From an uncultured Eubacteriales bacterium (lineage in GTDB: Bacteria > Bacillota > Clostridia > Christensenellales > CAG-138), in NCBI GenBank assembly GCA_900546845.1, contig UREK01000012.1:3130-67129 (forward strand): a stretch of 64,000 bases of DNA. Reading direction: 5' to 3'. Position numbers and translations under genes: made by a program. The notes under the pieces are model-generated. The model saw only the letters and a program-made list of their open reading frames with translations. It had not been told where the DNA came from and did no database searches. Positions 18,091 to 28,079 of this stretch are shown piece after piece (position 1 is the first letter of the stretch; the number at the start of each line of letters is the position of its first letter).

Positions 18091-19227
18091 TTATTTGGCA
18101 GCCTTTGCGGCGCGGATGGCCTCAATGAGCATCGGGGTCACCTTGAACAAATCGCCGCAGATACCGTAATCGGCAACCTCAAAGATGGGCGCGGTCTCGT
18201 TTTTGTTCACCGCAATGATGCACTCGGAATCCTGCATGCCGGCCTTATGCTGGATCGCGCCGGAGATGCCGAGGGCGACGTATACCTTCGGGTGTACGGT
18301 CTTGCCCGTCTGGCCGACCTGATGGTCAGCGCTCAGCCAGCCCGCGTCGATCGCCGCGCGGGAACCGCCGACGACGCCGCCGAGCTCCGCGGCAAGCTCT
18401 TCCGCGAGCTTGATGCCCTGCTCCACGTCCCGGCTGATGCCGCGGCCGACGGAGACGACAAAGTCCGCGCCAACGAGATCCACGAGCTTCTTCGCGGCCT
18501 TGACCACTTCCACGACCTCGGTCTTGATATCGGCCTCGGTCAAGGAGAATTGCGGCTTCACGATCTTGCATGCGTCCGCCTTGGCCTGGTCGAACGCGGC
18601 CTTCTTCATGACGCCCGGGCGCACCGTCGCCATGCTGGGGCGGAAGCGCGGGCAGATGATGGAAGCCATCAGGTGGCCGCCGAACGCCGGGCGGGTCATC
18701 TTCATGTCGCGGGAAACGTCATGATCCTGGCCCAGCACCTTTGCCTTCGAGGTGCCCGCAATGCGCTCCTCGGGCAGGGTGGAGCTTTCACGCAGGAAGT
18801 TCTTATAGCTTTCCATGTCCACGTCGAGGTGCGTGCAGTCCGCGCAGAGGCCGGTGTGCAGGCGCGCCGCGCAGCGGGGACCAAGGTCGCGGCCGATGTT
18901 GGTCGCGCCGATCAGGAACGCTTCGGGCTTGAGCTCCATGATCACGTCGCAGATGACCTTGGTGTAAGCGTCGGTGGTGTAATCCTTCAGCAGCGGGCTC
19001 TCGCAGACGATCACCTCGTCCGCGCCGTAGCCGCCGAGCTCCTTGGCGAGGCCTTCCACGTTGTCGCCGAGGAGCAGGCCGCACAGCTTTACGCCGAGCT
19101 CGTCCGCGAGCTTGCGGCCTTCGGAGATCAGTTCAAAATCGGTGGGCATCAGTTTGCCCTGGCGCTGCTCGCAGAACACCCAAACATCCTTGAAAGCAGC
19201 AAGATCGGTATTGTTGAACGTAGCCAT
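18091..19227 (-). CDS. etfA: Electron transfer flavoprotein alpha subunit
   Basis: 378 aa with a C-terminal FAD-binding region (VGQTGKTVHPKVYVALGISGAIQHKAGM). Follows etfB and bcd. Confidence 0.92.
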   Translation of the reverse strand: MATFNNTDLAAFKDVWVFCEQRQGKLMPTDFELISEGRKLADELGVKLCGLLLGDNVEGLAKELGGYGADEVIVCESPLLKDYTTDAYTKVICDVIMELKPEAFLIGATNIGRDLGPRCAARLHTGLCADCTHLDVDMESYKNFLRESSTLPEERIAGTSKAKVLGQDHDVSRDMKMTRPAFGGHLMASIICPRFRPSMATVRPGVMKKAAFDQAKADACKIVKPQFSLTEADIKTEVVEVVKAAKKLVDLVGADFVVSVGRGISRDVEQGIKLAEELAAELGGVVGGSRAAIDAGWLSADHQVGQTGKTVHPKVYVALGISGAIQHKAGMQDSECIIAVNKNETAPIFEVADYGICGDLFKVTPMLIEAIRAAKAAK

Positions 19228-19245
19228 TCTCAGTTAACCCCTTTC

Positions 19246-20046
19246 TCAGATGATGTGCTTTGCCGCGAGCATGCCCGCAAGCGTTTCACAGTCCGCCTTC
19301 TCCGCGCCCGGGAGCATCATGCCCGCGCCCTTTTGCGGCGGGGTGAAGGAGGTGAGGATGTTCGTGGGAGAACCCTTGAGGCCGATGGTCGTGGGGTCGA
19401 TCAACGGATCGTCCTTGAGCGCCTCATAGTCGAATACCGCCATGGGCTTGTCGTAGCACTCAAAGATGCCGCTCACGCTCATGTAGCGGGGCTCGTTGAG
19501 CTCCTTGATGCAGGTCACAAGGCAGGGGGTCTTGACCTTGATGGTCATGTAGCCGTCCTCCAGCATGCGCTTGACGGTAATGCAGTCACCCTCCTTGTGG
19601 ATGTCTGCGGCGTAGGTCACCTGGGGCAGGCCGAGCTTTTCCGCGATCTGCGGGCCGACCTGCGCGGTGTCGCCGTCGATGGCCTGGCGGCCGCACATAA
19701 TGATGTCATCCTGCTCCACGCCGATGCGGTTGATCGCCGCGGCGAGGATCTGGGAGGTGGCGTAGGTGTCGGAGCCGCCGAATTCGCGGCCGGAAACGAG
19801 CACCGCTTCGTCCGCGCCGCGGGCAAGCAGCTCACGCAGCATGCCTTCCGCCGGCGGGGGGCCCATCGTCACGACGACGACCTTGCAGCCCGTCTCTTCC
19901 TTGAGCGTGAGGGCCGCTTCCACAGCATTGAGGTCGTCCGGGTTGGTGATGGTCTGCATGGACGCGCGGTCCAGCGTACCGTCAGGGTTCACGGCGACCT
20001 TTCCGGAGGTATCGGGAACCTGCTTCACACAAACGATGATCTTCAT
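19246..20046 (-). CDS. etfB: Electron transfer flavoprotein beta subunit
   Basis: MKIIVCVKQVPDTSGKVAVNPDGTLDR. The ATG at 20046 is well spaced from GGAGG (the track start at 20055 is too close). Confidence 0.92.
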   Translation of the reverse strand: MKIIVCVKQVPDTSGKVAVNPDGTLDRASMQTITNPDDLNAVEAALTLKEETGCKVVVVTMGPPPAEGMLRELLARGADEAVLVSGREFGGSDTYATSQILAAAINRIGVEQDDIIMCGRQAIDGDTAQVGPQIAEKLGLPQVTYAADIHKEGDCITVKRMLEDGYMTIKVKTPCLVTCIKELNEPRYMSVSGIFECYDKPMAVFDYEALKDDPLIDPTTIGLKGSPTNILTSFTPPQKGAGMMLPGAEKADCETLAGMLAAKHII

Positions 20047-20064
20047 TTTAACCATACCTCCTTC

Positions 20065-21237
20065 TTACTTCACGCCGAGGTTGCTCGCGATGACCATGCG
20101 CTGGACTTCGCTCGTTCCCTCGTAGATCTCGGTAATCTTCGCGTCGCGCATCATGCGTTCCACGGGATATTCACGGGTGTAGCCATAGCCGCCGAAGAGC
20201 TGCACAGCGCGGCGTGTCACGTCGCTCGCCGCCTCGGCCGCAAAGAGCTTCGCCATCGCCGCATCCATGGAATAAGCGGGAGCCTTCTTGCCGGCGAGCG
20301 CGGCTTCGGTGAACGCCTGCTTCTTCATCGCAGCGGAATACACAAGGAACTGCGCGGCCTGCATGCGGGTGTGCATATCCGCAAGCTGGAACTGCGTGTT
20401 CTGCATCTGGGAAAGGCGCTTGCCAAACTGCTTGCGCTCCTGGACGTACTTGATCGTCTCCTCCACAGCGCCCTCGCCGATGCCGAGCGCCTGCGAGGCG
20501 ATGCCGATGCGGCCGCCGTCGAGCGTCTTCATCGCAATGCCAAAGCCCTTGCCCTCTTTGCCGAGCAGGTTTTCCTTGGGGACGATGCAGTTTTCCATAA
20601 TGAGCTCGCAGGTAGCGCTGCCGCGGATGCCCATCTTCTTCTCCTTCTTGCCGACGGAGAAGCCCGGGAAGTCCTTCTCGACGATGAACGCCGAAATGCC
20701 CTTGTTGCCGGCCTTTTTATCGGTCATGGCAAAGATGATGTAAACGCTCGCATAGCCTGCGTTGGTGATGAAGATCTTCGTGCCGTTGAGCACGTAGTGG
20801 TCGTCCACAAGCTCTGCGGTGGTCTGCTGGCCGGAAGCGTCCGTACCCGCGTTGGGCTCGGTGAGGCCGAACGCGCCAATCCATTCGCCGGAAAGGAGCT
20901 TAGGCAGGTACTTCATCTTCTGCTCCTCGGTGCCGTTCTCATAGATCGGCGCGCAGCAGAGGGAGGTGTGTGCGGAAACGATGACGCCCGTGGTGCCGCA
21001 TGCCTTGGAAAGTTCTTCCACGGCCATGACGTACGCAAGCACGTCGCCGCCCGCCCCGCCGTACTTTTTCGGGAACGGAATGCCCAGGAAGCCGTAACGC
21101 GCAAGTTTCTTGACGGTTTCCACCGGGAAGCGTTCCTCCTCGTCGACTTCCTCGGCGAGGGGCTTGACCTCGTTCTCCGCGAATGCGCGATACATGTCGC
21201 GCAGCAGCAGATGCTGTTTGGAAAGCGTGAAATCCAT
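20065..21237 (-). CDS. bcd: Short-chain acyl-CoA dehydrogenase (butyryl-CoA dehydrogenase)
   Basis: 390 aa ACAD (LTEPNAGTDASG...YEGTSEVQRMVIA), adjacent to etfBA, hbd and crt. Confidence 0.9.
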   Translation of the reverse strand: MDFTLSKQHLLLRDMYRAFAENEVKPLAEEVDEEERFPVETVKKLARYGFLGIPFPKKYGGAGGDVLAYVMAVEELSKACGTTGVIVSAHTSLCCAPIYENGTEEQKMKYLPKLLSGEWIGAFGLTEPNAGTDASGQQTTAELVDDHYVLNGTKIFITNAGYASVYIIFAMTDKKAGNKGISAFIVEKDFPGFSVGKKEKKMGIRGSATCELIMENCIVPKENLLGKEGKGFGIAMKTLDGGRIGIASQALGIGEGAVEETIKYVQERKQFGKRLSQMQNTQFQLADMHTRMQAAQFLVYSAAMKKQAFTEAALAGKKAPAYSMDAAMAKLFAAEAASDVTRRAVQLFGGYGYTREYPVERMMRDAKITEIYEGTSEVQRMVIASNLGVK

Positions 21238-21273
21238 AGTTCCTCCTATTAATGTAAGGGGTTTCCCCTTTGC

Positions 21274-22125
21274 TTACTGCTTGTTGTAAACATAAAAGCC
21301 GCGGCCGGCCTTGCGGCCGAGCAGCCCGCCGCGCACATATTTGCGCAGCAGCGGATGCGCGCGGTATTTGCTGTCGTGCGTCTCTTCAAAAAGCGTATCC
21401 ATGATGGCGAGAACCACGTCAAGGCCGATGAGGTCGCCCAGCTCGAGCGGGCCCATCGGGTGGTTGCAGCCAAGGCGCATAGCCGCATCGATCCCCTCCG
21501 CGGAGGCGATGCCTTCCGCGTAAAGGCCAACGGCCTCGTTGATCATGGGGATGAGGATACGGTTTACCACGAAGCCCGGGCATTCCTGCACCTCCACCGG
21601 CTCTTTGCCAATGGCCCGCGCAAGGCACTCTGCCGTGGCGAACGTCTCCGCCGATGTACCGACGCCCCGGATGATCTCCACGAGCTTCATCACTGTCGCC
21701 GGGTTGAAGAAATGCATGCCGATGACGCGGTCCGGCCGCTTCGTCGCGGATGCGATGTCCGTAATGGAGATGGACGAGGTGTTGCTTGCGAAGATCGTCT
21801 CCGCCGGGCAGATGCCGTCCAGCTCCTGGAATACGCTTTTCTTCACGTCCGCCCGCTCAACGATCGCCTCAATGACGAGCGCCGCTTCCCTGGCGGGTGC
21901 GAGCTCCGTCGTAAACGCGATGCGGGAAAGGATTGCGTCCGCGTCCTCCCGTGCGAGTTTGCCGCGCGCGACGCGCTTATCGAGCCCACCCGCAAGGCGC
22001 GCCTGTGCGCGCGCAAGGATCTCGTCGTTCACGTCGCGCACTGCGACGCGGTAGCCCGCCTGCGCGAACGCCTGGGCAATGTCGAGGCCCATCGTGCCTG
22101 CGCCGGTCACAAAGATCTGTTCCAT
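21274..22125 (-). CDS. hbd: 3-hydroxybutyryl-CoA dehydrogenase
   Basis: MEQIFVTGAGTMGLDIAQAFA Rossmann motif and ...MHFFNPATVMKLVEII...GFVVNRIL. Confidence 0.92.
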   Translation of the reverse strand: MEQIFVTGAGTMGLDIAQAFAQAGYRVAVRDVNDEILARAQARLAGGLDKRVARGKLAREDADAILSRIAFTTELAPAREAALVIEAIVERADVKKSVFQELDGICPAETIFASNTSSISITDIASATKRPDRVIGMHFFNPATVMKLVEIIRGVGTSAETFATAECLARAIGKEPVEVQECPGFVVNRILIPMINEAVGLYAEGIASAEGIDAAMRLGCNHPMGPLELGDLIGLDVVLAIMDTLFEETHDSKYRAHPLLRKYVRGGLLGRKAGRGFYVYNKQ

Positions 22126-22127
22126 GG

Positions 22128-22919
22128 TTACTCCCCTTTAAAGTTCTCGCGCGGCTTCTTTTCCAAAAAGGCGCGCATAGCCATCTTTTGATCCTCCGTG
22201 TTGAAACAGAAGGAGAACAATTCTTCTTCCGTCGCAAGATCCACATCAATGAAGCGGTCCACGCGCGTGCTGATCGCGCGTTTGCAGGCCTGCACCGCAA
22301 TGGGCGCGTTGCCCGCAATCTGCGCGGCCATTTCCATGGCCCGATCCATCAGCTCCGCGTCCGGGTACACCGCGTTCACGAGGCGGATGCGCAGCGCTTC
22401 CGAAGCCGGGATCGGCTTGCCGGTGAGGATGAGCTGCATCGCATAGGATGCGCCGATCACACGCGGCAGCCGCTGCGTGCCGCCGAAGCCCGGCGTGATG
22501 CCGAGCGTCACCTCCGGCTGGCCCAGCTTCGCGCCCTCCGCGGCAAGGCGGATGTCGCAGCAGAGCGCAAGCTCCAGCCCGCCTCCGAGCGCATAGCCGT
22601 TGATCGCTGCGATGACGGGGACGCGCAGGTCGTCGAGCGCCTTAAACGCCCGGTGCGCAACGGCCGCGAAGCGCTTCGCGCCCCTTGCGTCCAAGCCGGC
22701 CATCTCGCCGATGTCCGCGCCCGCGATGAACGCCTTTTGCCCCATGCCCGTGATGATGAGCACGCGGATGGAATCGTCCGCTTCGATCTCGCGCAGCGCC
22801 TGCTCCAGCTCAATCAGCGTTTCGGTGTTGAGCGCGTTGAGCGCGCGCGGCCGGTTCACGGTGAGCACAACGGCAGCGCCGTGCCGCTCCACGAGAATAT
22901 TCTTTCTCATATTCTCCAT
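22128..22919 (-). CDS. crt: Enoyl-CoA hydratase (crotonase)
   Basis: Crotonase fold (FIAGADIGEM...AAINGYALGGGLELAL). Start assigned to the ATG at 22919 downstream of AAGGAGG (the track start is TTG at 22928). Confidence 0.88.
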   Translation of the reverse strand: MENMRKNILVERHGAAVVLTVNRPRALNALNTETLIELEQALREIEADDSIRVLIITGMGQKAFIAGADIGEMAGLDARGAKRFAAVAHRAFKALDDLRVPVIAAINGYALGGGLELALCCDIRLAAEGAKLGQPEVTLGITPGFGGTQRLPRVIGASYAMQLILTGKPIPASEALRIRLVNAVYPDAELMDRAMEMAAQIAGNAPIAVQACKRAISTRVDRFIDVDLATEEELFSFCFNTEDQKMAMRAFLEKKPRENFKGE

Positions 22920-23071
22920 CTGGTTCAAACCTCCTTGCGGTTATAAACAGCTCAATTTGGCTGGCCTCCCGGCCTTCCTAAGCTATGATATAGCATTTTG
23001 CGCTGAAAGTCTCCCGTTATTTTAATAACGCGCAAGGAGGTTTATTTTTTCACATAGCACGCTGGGCAGGC

Positions 23072-23863
23072 TTACTTGCCCATGCCGCGCTTGACCATTT
23101 CCTCCACCGCGAAGGAGGCGACGTCGTCCGCATACTTCTGCGGGCCGAAGCCCGCATCGTAGCCGAGCTCCTTGGCAAGCTCGTGCGTGATGCGCGCGCC
23201 GCCGCAGATGACGATGAAGCGGTCGCGCACGCCCTCGGCCTCCAGCAGCTCGATGAGCTCGGTGAGGTTCTGGATGTGCACGTCCTTCTGGGTGACGGTC
23301 TGGGAAACGAGGAGCACGTCCGCGTTGAGCTCCACCGCCTTCTTGACGAATTCCTCGTTGGGAACCTGCGCGCCCAGGTTGTAGGCTTCGATCATCTCAT
23401 AGCGCTCGAGGCCGTAATGGCCCGCGAAGCCCTTGCGGTTCATGATCGCGTCGATGCCCACGGTATGCGCGTCGGTGCCGGTGGAAGCGCCGACCATCAC
23501 CACCTTGCGGCCGATGTGCTCGCGGATGTACTCGTTGCACTCCTCCATCTCCATCGTGGTCGTTTCCACGGCCTGCACATGGATGTCGGTGTAATCCACC
23601 GTGTGGGAGCAGGAGCCATACACCACGTAGAAGGTGTACTCCGCGTCGAGGCTCTGGTTGAACGCGACGGAAGGCTCCATAAGGCCCATCTTCTTGGCGA
23701 GGATGCGCGCGGCCTCGGTGCCCTTATCGTCGTTTTTCACCGGCAGCGTGAAGCTCATCTGCACCTTGCCGTCGTTCATCGTGTCGCCGTAGGGCTTGAG
23801 CTTGGTCAGGTCCAGCGTCTTATCAAAATCTGCTTTATGGGTGTTATACAATCCGCTGCTCAT
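23072..23863 (-). CDS. kamE: D-lysine/beta-lysine 5,6-aminomutase beta subunit (B12- and PLP-binding)
   Basis: 263 aa with the B12 DxHxxG motif (GTDAHTVGIDAI). Abuts the kamD stop. Confidence 0.9.
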   Translation of the reverse strand: MSSGLYNTHKADFDKTLDLTKLKPYGDTMNDGKVQMSFTLPVKNDDKGTEAARILAKKMGLMEPSVAFNQSLDAEYTFYVVYGSCSHTVDYTDIHVQAVETTTMEMEECNEYIREHIGRKVVMVGASTGTDAHTVGIDAIMNRKGFAGHYGLERYEMIEAYNLGAQVPNEEFVKKAVELNADVLLVSQTVTQKDVHIQNLTELIELLEAEGVRDRFIVICGGARITHELAKELGYDAGFGPQKYADDVASFAVEEMVKRGMGK

Positions 23864-25417
23864 TTACTTGTCCCCCTTCATCAGCTCAATAAACGGGTTG
23901 AAGTAGCAGTCGTCCTTCTGCACGACGCCCGCAAGGCCCTTGCCGCCGTCGCGGGAGCGCTTGATGTCCGCGAACGTGCCGCGCTCAAGCGTGCCGAAAA
24001 GGCCGATGTCTTCCATCTCGCCCAAGAGATTCGTCGCCTTGGTGAGCACCTCGTTGGCGCGCGTCTGCATGATGCCGCCATCCTTGAACACGAGCTCGTT
24101 GCCGAGATCCTGCATGGTGCGGAAGATGTACTGCGCATTTTCGATAGAAAGCGCGCGGTCGCTCATGAACGGGGTGTGGATCGCCTCGGTGAGCATGCCC
24201 AGGAGGTGCAGCTTCTGGCCGGTGAGGATCGTCACCATGTTGAAGAGCGCGTCCTGCACATGGCCGCGGAAGATGTTGCCGGTCATGAACTTCGTAGGCG
24301 GCATGTACTTGAGCGGCGCGTTGGGGAAGATCTCGCGCGCCATCTGCGCCTGGGCGAGTTCATAGAGGAAGCCGTTCTCCACGTCCGGGGAGATCTCGAA
24401 CGCGTGGCCAAGACCCATCTGCTCCTCGGGCATGCCCGCGCAGACTGCGAACTGTTCGTTGAGGAACTGGGAAGCAAGCACTGTATGCGCCTCTTCCACG
24501 GCGTCTGCTGTGGTGAGGTAGTTGTCCTCGCCGGTGTTGATGATGACGCCTGCGAAGGAATTGATCACGCGGGAGAAGTATTGGTCGATGATCGTGCGCT
24601 GGGGGTTGATGTCGCGGAAAAGGATGCCGTAGAGCGCGTCGTTGAGCATCACGTCCAGGCGCTCCAAAGCGCCCATCGCCGCGATTTCCGGCATGCACAG
24701 GCCGGAGCAGTAGTTGCACAGGCGGATGTAGCGCTTTTCTTCCTTGCCGACCTCGTCGAGCGCCGCGCGCATCAGGCGGAAGTTCTCCTGGGTGGCGTAG
24801 GTGCCGCCGAAGCCTTCCGTCGTCGCGCCATAGGGCACGTAGTCGAGGAGGGATTGTCCCGTCGTGCGGATGACGGCGATGATGTCCGCGCCCTGCTTGG
24901 CCGCGGCCTTCGCCTGCACGATGTCCTCATAGATGTTGCCCGTCGCTACGATGACGTAAAGATACGGGCCTTCCTTGTCGCCGAATTCGCGGAGGAATTC
25001 GTTGCGCTCAGCTACGTTCGCACGGATGCGCGCGACGGTGGCTTCCGCTACGGGCATGATCGCCGCGCGGATCTCCGCGGCGCTGTGCGCGGGGAGCTTG
25101 GTCAGGTCGAGTTCGCCCTTGTCGATCGCCTCGGCGATGGCCTGCGGGTCCTTGCCGGTTTCCGCCATAGCGTTGCCGATATAATAGGCCGCGCCGCCGG
25201 CGAGCACGCCGCGGTCAAACAGATGATCCACCACCACGTTGGGCAGCGGGACGTCCATCTCGTTCACATTGTCGATGCCGAGCAGGCGGCAAACCGCGCG
25301 CTCGACGGTGACGGTCGTATGCACGTCGATAAAGCTCTGCGTGTCGGCCGCGATATGCGCCGCACTTGCCCGCGCTTTGTCGACAAGCTCCCGGTTCAGG
25401 TTCAGTTTGCTCTGCAT
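23864..25417 (-). CDS. kamD: D-lysine/beta-lysine 5,6-aminomutase alpha subunit
   Basis: MQSKLNLNRELVDKARASAAHIA... ~517 aa TIM-barrel subunit. ATG at 25417 with an AAAGGTG RBS; the upstream part of the track ORF is leader. Confidence 0.88.
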   Translation of the reverse strand: MQSKLNLNRELVDKARASAAHIAADTQSFIDVHTTVTVERAVCRLLGIDNVNEMDVPLPNVVVDHLFDRGVLAGGAAYYIGNAMAETGKDPQAIAEAIDKGELDLTKLPAHSAAEIRAAIMPVAEATVARIRANVAERNEFLREFGDKEGPYLYVIVATGNIYEDIVQAKAAAKQGADIIAVIRTTGQSLLDYVPYGATTEGFGGTYATQENFRLMRAALDEVGKEEKRYIRLCNYCSGLCMPEIAAMGALERLDVMLNDALYGILFRDINPQRTIIDQYFSRVINSFAGVIINTGEDNYLTTADAVEEAHTVLASQFLNEQFAVCAGMPEEQMGLGHAFEISPDVENGFLYELAQAQMAREIFPNAPLKYMPPTKFMTGNIFRGHVQDALFNMVTILTGQKLHLLGMLTEAIHTPFMSDRALSIENAQYIFRTMQDLGNELVFKDGGIMQTRANEVLTKATNLLGEMEDIGLFGTLERGTFADIKRSRDGGKGLAGVVQKDDCYFNPFIELMKGDK

Positions 25418-25573
25418 GTTAATCACCTTTCTTCGGAAATTGTGGCTGCCGGCAAAGGCCGGCAAAGGCACAAAAACGCGCGTGAAAAATCGCTTTTTCG
25501 CGCTGCCGTTCCCCTGATGAAAGCGGCGCAGCGGGGATGCTGCCCGCACCCCCGCGCCGTGCCGCCGGAACTT

Positions 25574-26845
25574 TTACTTCTGCTTCTGCCTGTCGGCATA
25601 GCGATCCTTGCGCAGCAGCTTCGTCGGCTCGAGGTACTTCTGCTCGATGCCATGGGCGATGCCGGCAACGCCGGTGATCTCGGCCGCCTTGCGCTTGCCT
25701 TCGCAGACCTCGCAGTGGCACTCGTTCGCATAGTGCTCAGGCTCGGTGTAAGTGGTGATAACGCCCTCGAAGTTGCGCAGGATCACCTTGCGCGGCGTCT
25801 GGCTGATGACGTACTGCGGCATGACCGGGGTCTTGCCGCCGCCGCCCGGCGCGTCGACCACGAAGGTCGGGATGCAGAAGCCGCTGGTGTGGCCGCGCAG
25901 TGCCTCCATGATTTCGATGCCCTTGGAGACCGGCGTGCGGAAGTGGGAAAGGCCGAGGGACGGGTCGCAAGCATAGATGTAATACGGGCGGACGCGGATG
26001 CGCACAAGCTCGTTGACGAGCTTCTTCATCACGTATACGCAGTCGTTGACGCCGGCAAGGAGCACGCTCTGGTTGCCGAGCGGCACGCCCGCGTCAGCCA
26101 GCATCGCGGTCGCGCGCGCGGCTTCCTCGGTGATCTCGTTGGGATGGTTGAAATGGGTGTTCAGCCACACGGGATGGTGCTTCTTCAGGATCGCGCACAG
26201 CTCCGGCGTGATGCGCTGCGGCATGACGACCGGCGTGCGGGAACCGAGGCGGACGATCTCCACATGGGGGATCTTGCGCAGCTCAGTCATGATGTAATCG
26301 AGCATCTCGTCGCTCTGCATCAAGCAGTCGCCGCCGGAAAGCAGCACGTCGCGCACCTCGGGATGGTTGCGCACATAGTCGATGCAGGTGTCGATCTGGT
26401 TCTTGGGGACGGCGCAGTCATGCTGGCCGGCAAAACGCCTGCGGGTGCAGTGGCGGCAGTACATGGAGCACTGGTCGGTGATGAGCAGCAGCACGCGGTC
26501 CGGATAACGGTGCGTAAGGCCTGGGCAGGGGGAGTCGATGTCCTCATGCAGCGGGTCAGCGTCTTCATAGGGCGCAAAATGCAGCTCGGCATCCGTCGGG
26601 ATCGCCTGCTTACGGATCGGGTCATGGGGATCGTCGAGGTCGATCAGGGAAAGATAGTACGGCGTGATGGCCATGCGCAGCTTACCAAGCGTCGCTTTCA
26701 CGCCCTCTTCCTCCTCGGGAGTCAGGGGCATATGCTTTTTGAGGTCTTCCAGCGTTTCGATGCGGTTTTCGACTTGCCAATGCCAGTCGTTCCACTGGGC
26801 ATCGGGCACGTCCTTAAACATGCCGTTGGCTCTGCTCTGTCTCAT
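25574..26845 (-). CDS. kamA: L-lysine 2,3-aminomutase (radical SAM)
   Basis: [12 protein letters not shown] is the CxxxCxxC cluster, and the N-terminal [12 protein letters not shown]...[10 protein letters not shown] is the canonical KamA sequence. Confidence 0.93.
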   Translation of the reverse strand: MRQSRANGMFKDVPDAQWNDWHWQVENRIETLEDLKKHMPLTPEEEEGVKATLGKLRMAITPYYLSLIDLDDPHDPIRKQAIPTDAELHFAPYEDADPLHEDIDSPCPGLTHRYPDRVLLLITDQCSMYCRHCTRRRFAGQHDCAVPKNQIDTCIDYVRNHPEVRDVLLSGGDCLMQSDEMLDYIMTELRKIPHVEIVRLGSRTPVVMPQRITPELCAILKKHHPVWLNTHFNHPNEITEEAARATAMLADAGVPLGNQSVLLAGVNDCVYVMKKLVNELVRIRVRPYYIYACDPSLGLSHFRTPVSKGIEIMEALRGHTSGFCIPTFVVDAPGGGGKTPVMPQYVISQTPRKVILRNFEGVITTYTEPEHYANECHCEVCEGKRKAAEITGVAGIAHGIEQKYLEPTKLLRKDRYADRQKQK

Positions 26846-26960
26846 AATTTTAGGATCTCCTTTTTATCAGCAAAATTTGGAATTGCGCTTCTGATGTGCC
26901 GAAACCTGCGGGAGCGATCCCGCAGGCTTCGGCGCCCGTTCGGGCTTTACAAGGGGAAAC

Positions 26961-28001
26961 TTAGCAATACTTCTCGTCGAACAGCTTGCGCAGTTTCGGG
27001 TTCTCGCGCAGCACGTTCAGGGTGATCTCGGCATGGTTCTTGGTGTAGCCGTTGCCGACGATCATGGTGACGTCCTTGCCAACACCTTCGGCGCCCAGAG
27101 CAGCCTTGGTGAAGCTCGTCGCCATGGAGAAGAAGTAGACGATACCATCGTCACGCACGGGCAGGATGGCGCTCATCTCGCAGTTCTCAATGTTCACGCA
27201 GCAGATGGAAATGTCGTATTCCTTGCCGTCGTTGGCCGCAAGCGCAGCGTCGAGGACGGCCACGGGCTCAGTCGCGGAAGCGACGATGACCTTGTTGTAA
27301 ACGCCGAGCTCCATCAGCGCGTCAACCTGCTTCGGGTTGCGCACGACGCCAACCACGTTGCCCTTCGGGCCGACCTTCTTCATGGCCTCATAGCCGCAGA
27401 GCACGCCGGATTTGCCGTTCGCGCCGAGGATGAGGACGCTGTCGCCTTCCTTGGGGAGCTTCCTGGCCTGGGCGGGTGCGCCGGCCACGTCGAGGGCCGC
27501 GAGGGCGAGCGGTTCGCTCATGTCGTCGGGCAGCTTCGCATAGATAGCGCTCTCAAACAGGATCGCCTTGCCTTCGATGTCAACGCGGTCGATTTCCTTG
27601 TGGATGGCCTTGATCTTGTCGATGCGCAGCGGGGTCATGGACAGGGACACGAGGGAAGCGATCTTGTCGCCGACCTTCAGGTCGCGGTCCTTGAGGTCTT
27701 CGCCGATGTGGGCGACGCGGCCGATGAACATGCCGCCGGAACCGGTCACGGGGTTCTGCTGCTTGCCGCGCTCCGCCACGATGCCAAGGATCATTTCGCC
27801 GATCTTCTTCTCGTCGCCGCCGCAGGCCTCTTCGATCTGGGTGAAGGACGCGGAGTCGATGTTAAGGGAGATGACGTCGCAGACGATCTCGTTGGAATAG
27901 ACCTTGGACATATCGTTGTCGATCTTGTAAGCCGCCTGGGTCAGCACGCCCTTGGGTTCGATGACGCGATGGATGCCGTACTTGTTGCCTTTCAGTTCCA
28001 T
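26961..28001 (-). CDS. kdd: L-erythro-3,5-diaminohexanoate dehydrogenase
   Basis: 346 aa, MELKGNKYGIHRVIEPKGVLTQAAYKIDN...NPVTGSGGMFIGRV. Located in the lysine fermentation cluster. Confidence 0.85.
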   Translation of the reverse strand: MELKGNKYGIHRVIEPKGVLTQAAYKIDNDMSKVYSNEIVCDVISLNIDSASFTQIEEACGGDEKKIGEMILGIVAERGKQQNPVTGSGGMFIGRVAHIGEDLKDRDLKVGDKIASLVSLSMTPLRIDKIKAIHKEIDRVDIEGKAILFESAIYAKLPDDMSEPLALAALDVAGAPAQARKLPKEGDSVLILGANGKSGVLCGYEAMKKVGPKGNVVGVVRNPKQVDALMELGVYNKVIVASATEPVAVLDAALAANDGKEYDISICCVNIENCEMSAILPVRDDGIVYFFSMATSFTKAALGAEGVGKDVTMIVGNGYTKNHAEITLNVLRENPKLRKLFDEKYC

Positions 28002-28079
28002 TGTTCTGGTTCCTCCTGTTTTGTTTTAATTTTTAAAAATGGTAGTTGCGTTACGCGAATCGCTTCGCGGGGTTCCTGT

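Noticed and set aside
17806-21252. 1148-aa ORF on the plus strand spanning etfA, etfB and bcd
   Set aside because: It is antisense to three strongly conserved genes. Its translation is Arg/Ala/Gly/Leu/His-rich with no recognisable domain. This is the typical stop-codon-poor antisense frame of a high-GC genome.
23183-27025. 1280-aa ORF on the plus strand spanning kamE, kamD and kamA
   Set aside because: Same artefact: antisense to conserved lysine-fermentation genes, with low-complexity composition and no RBS or motifs.
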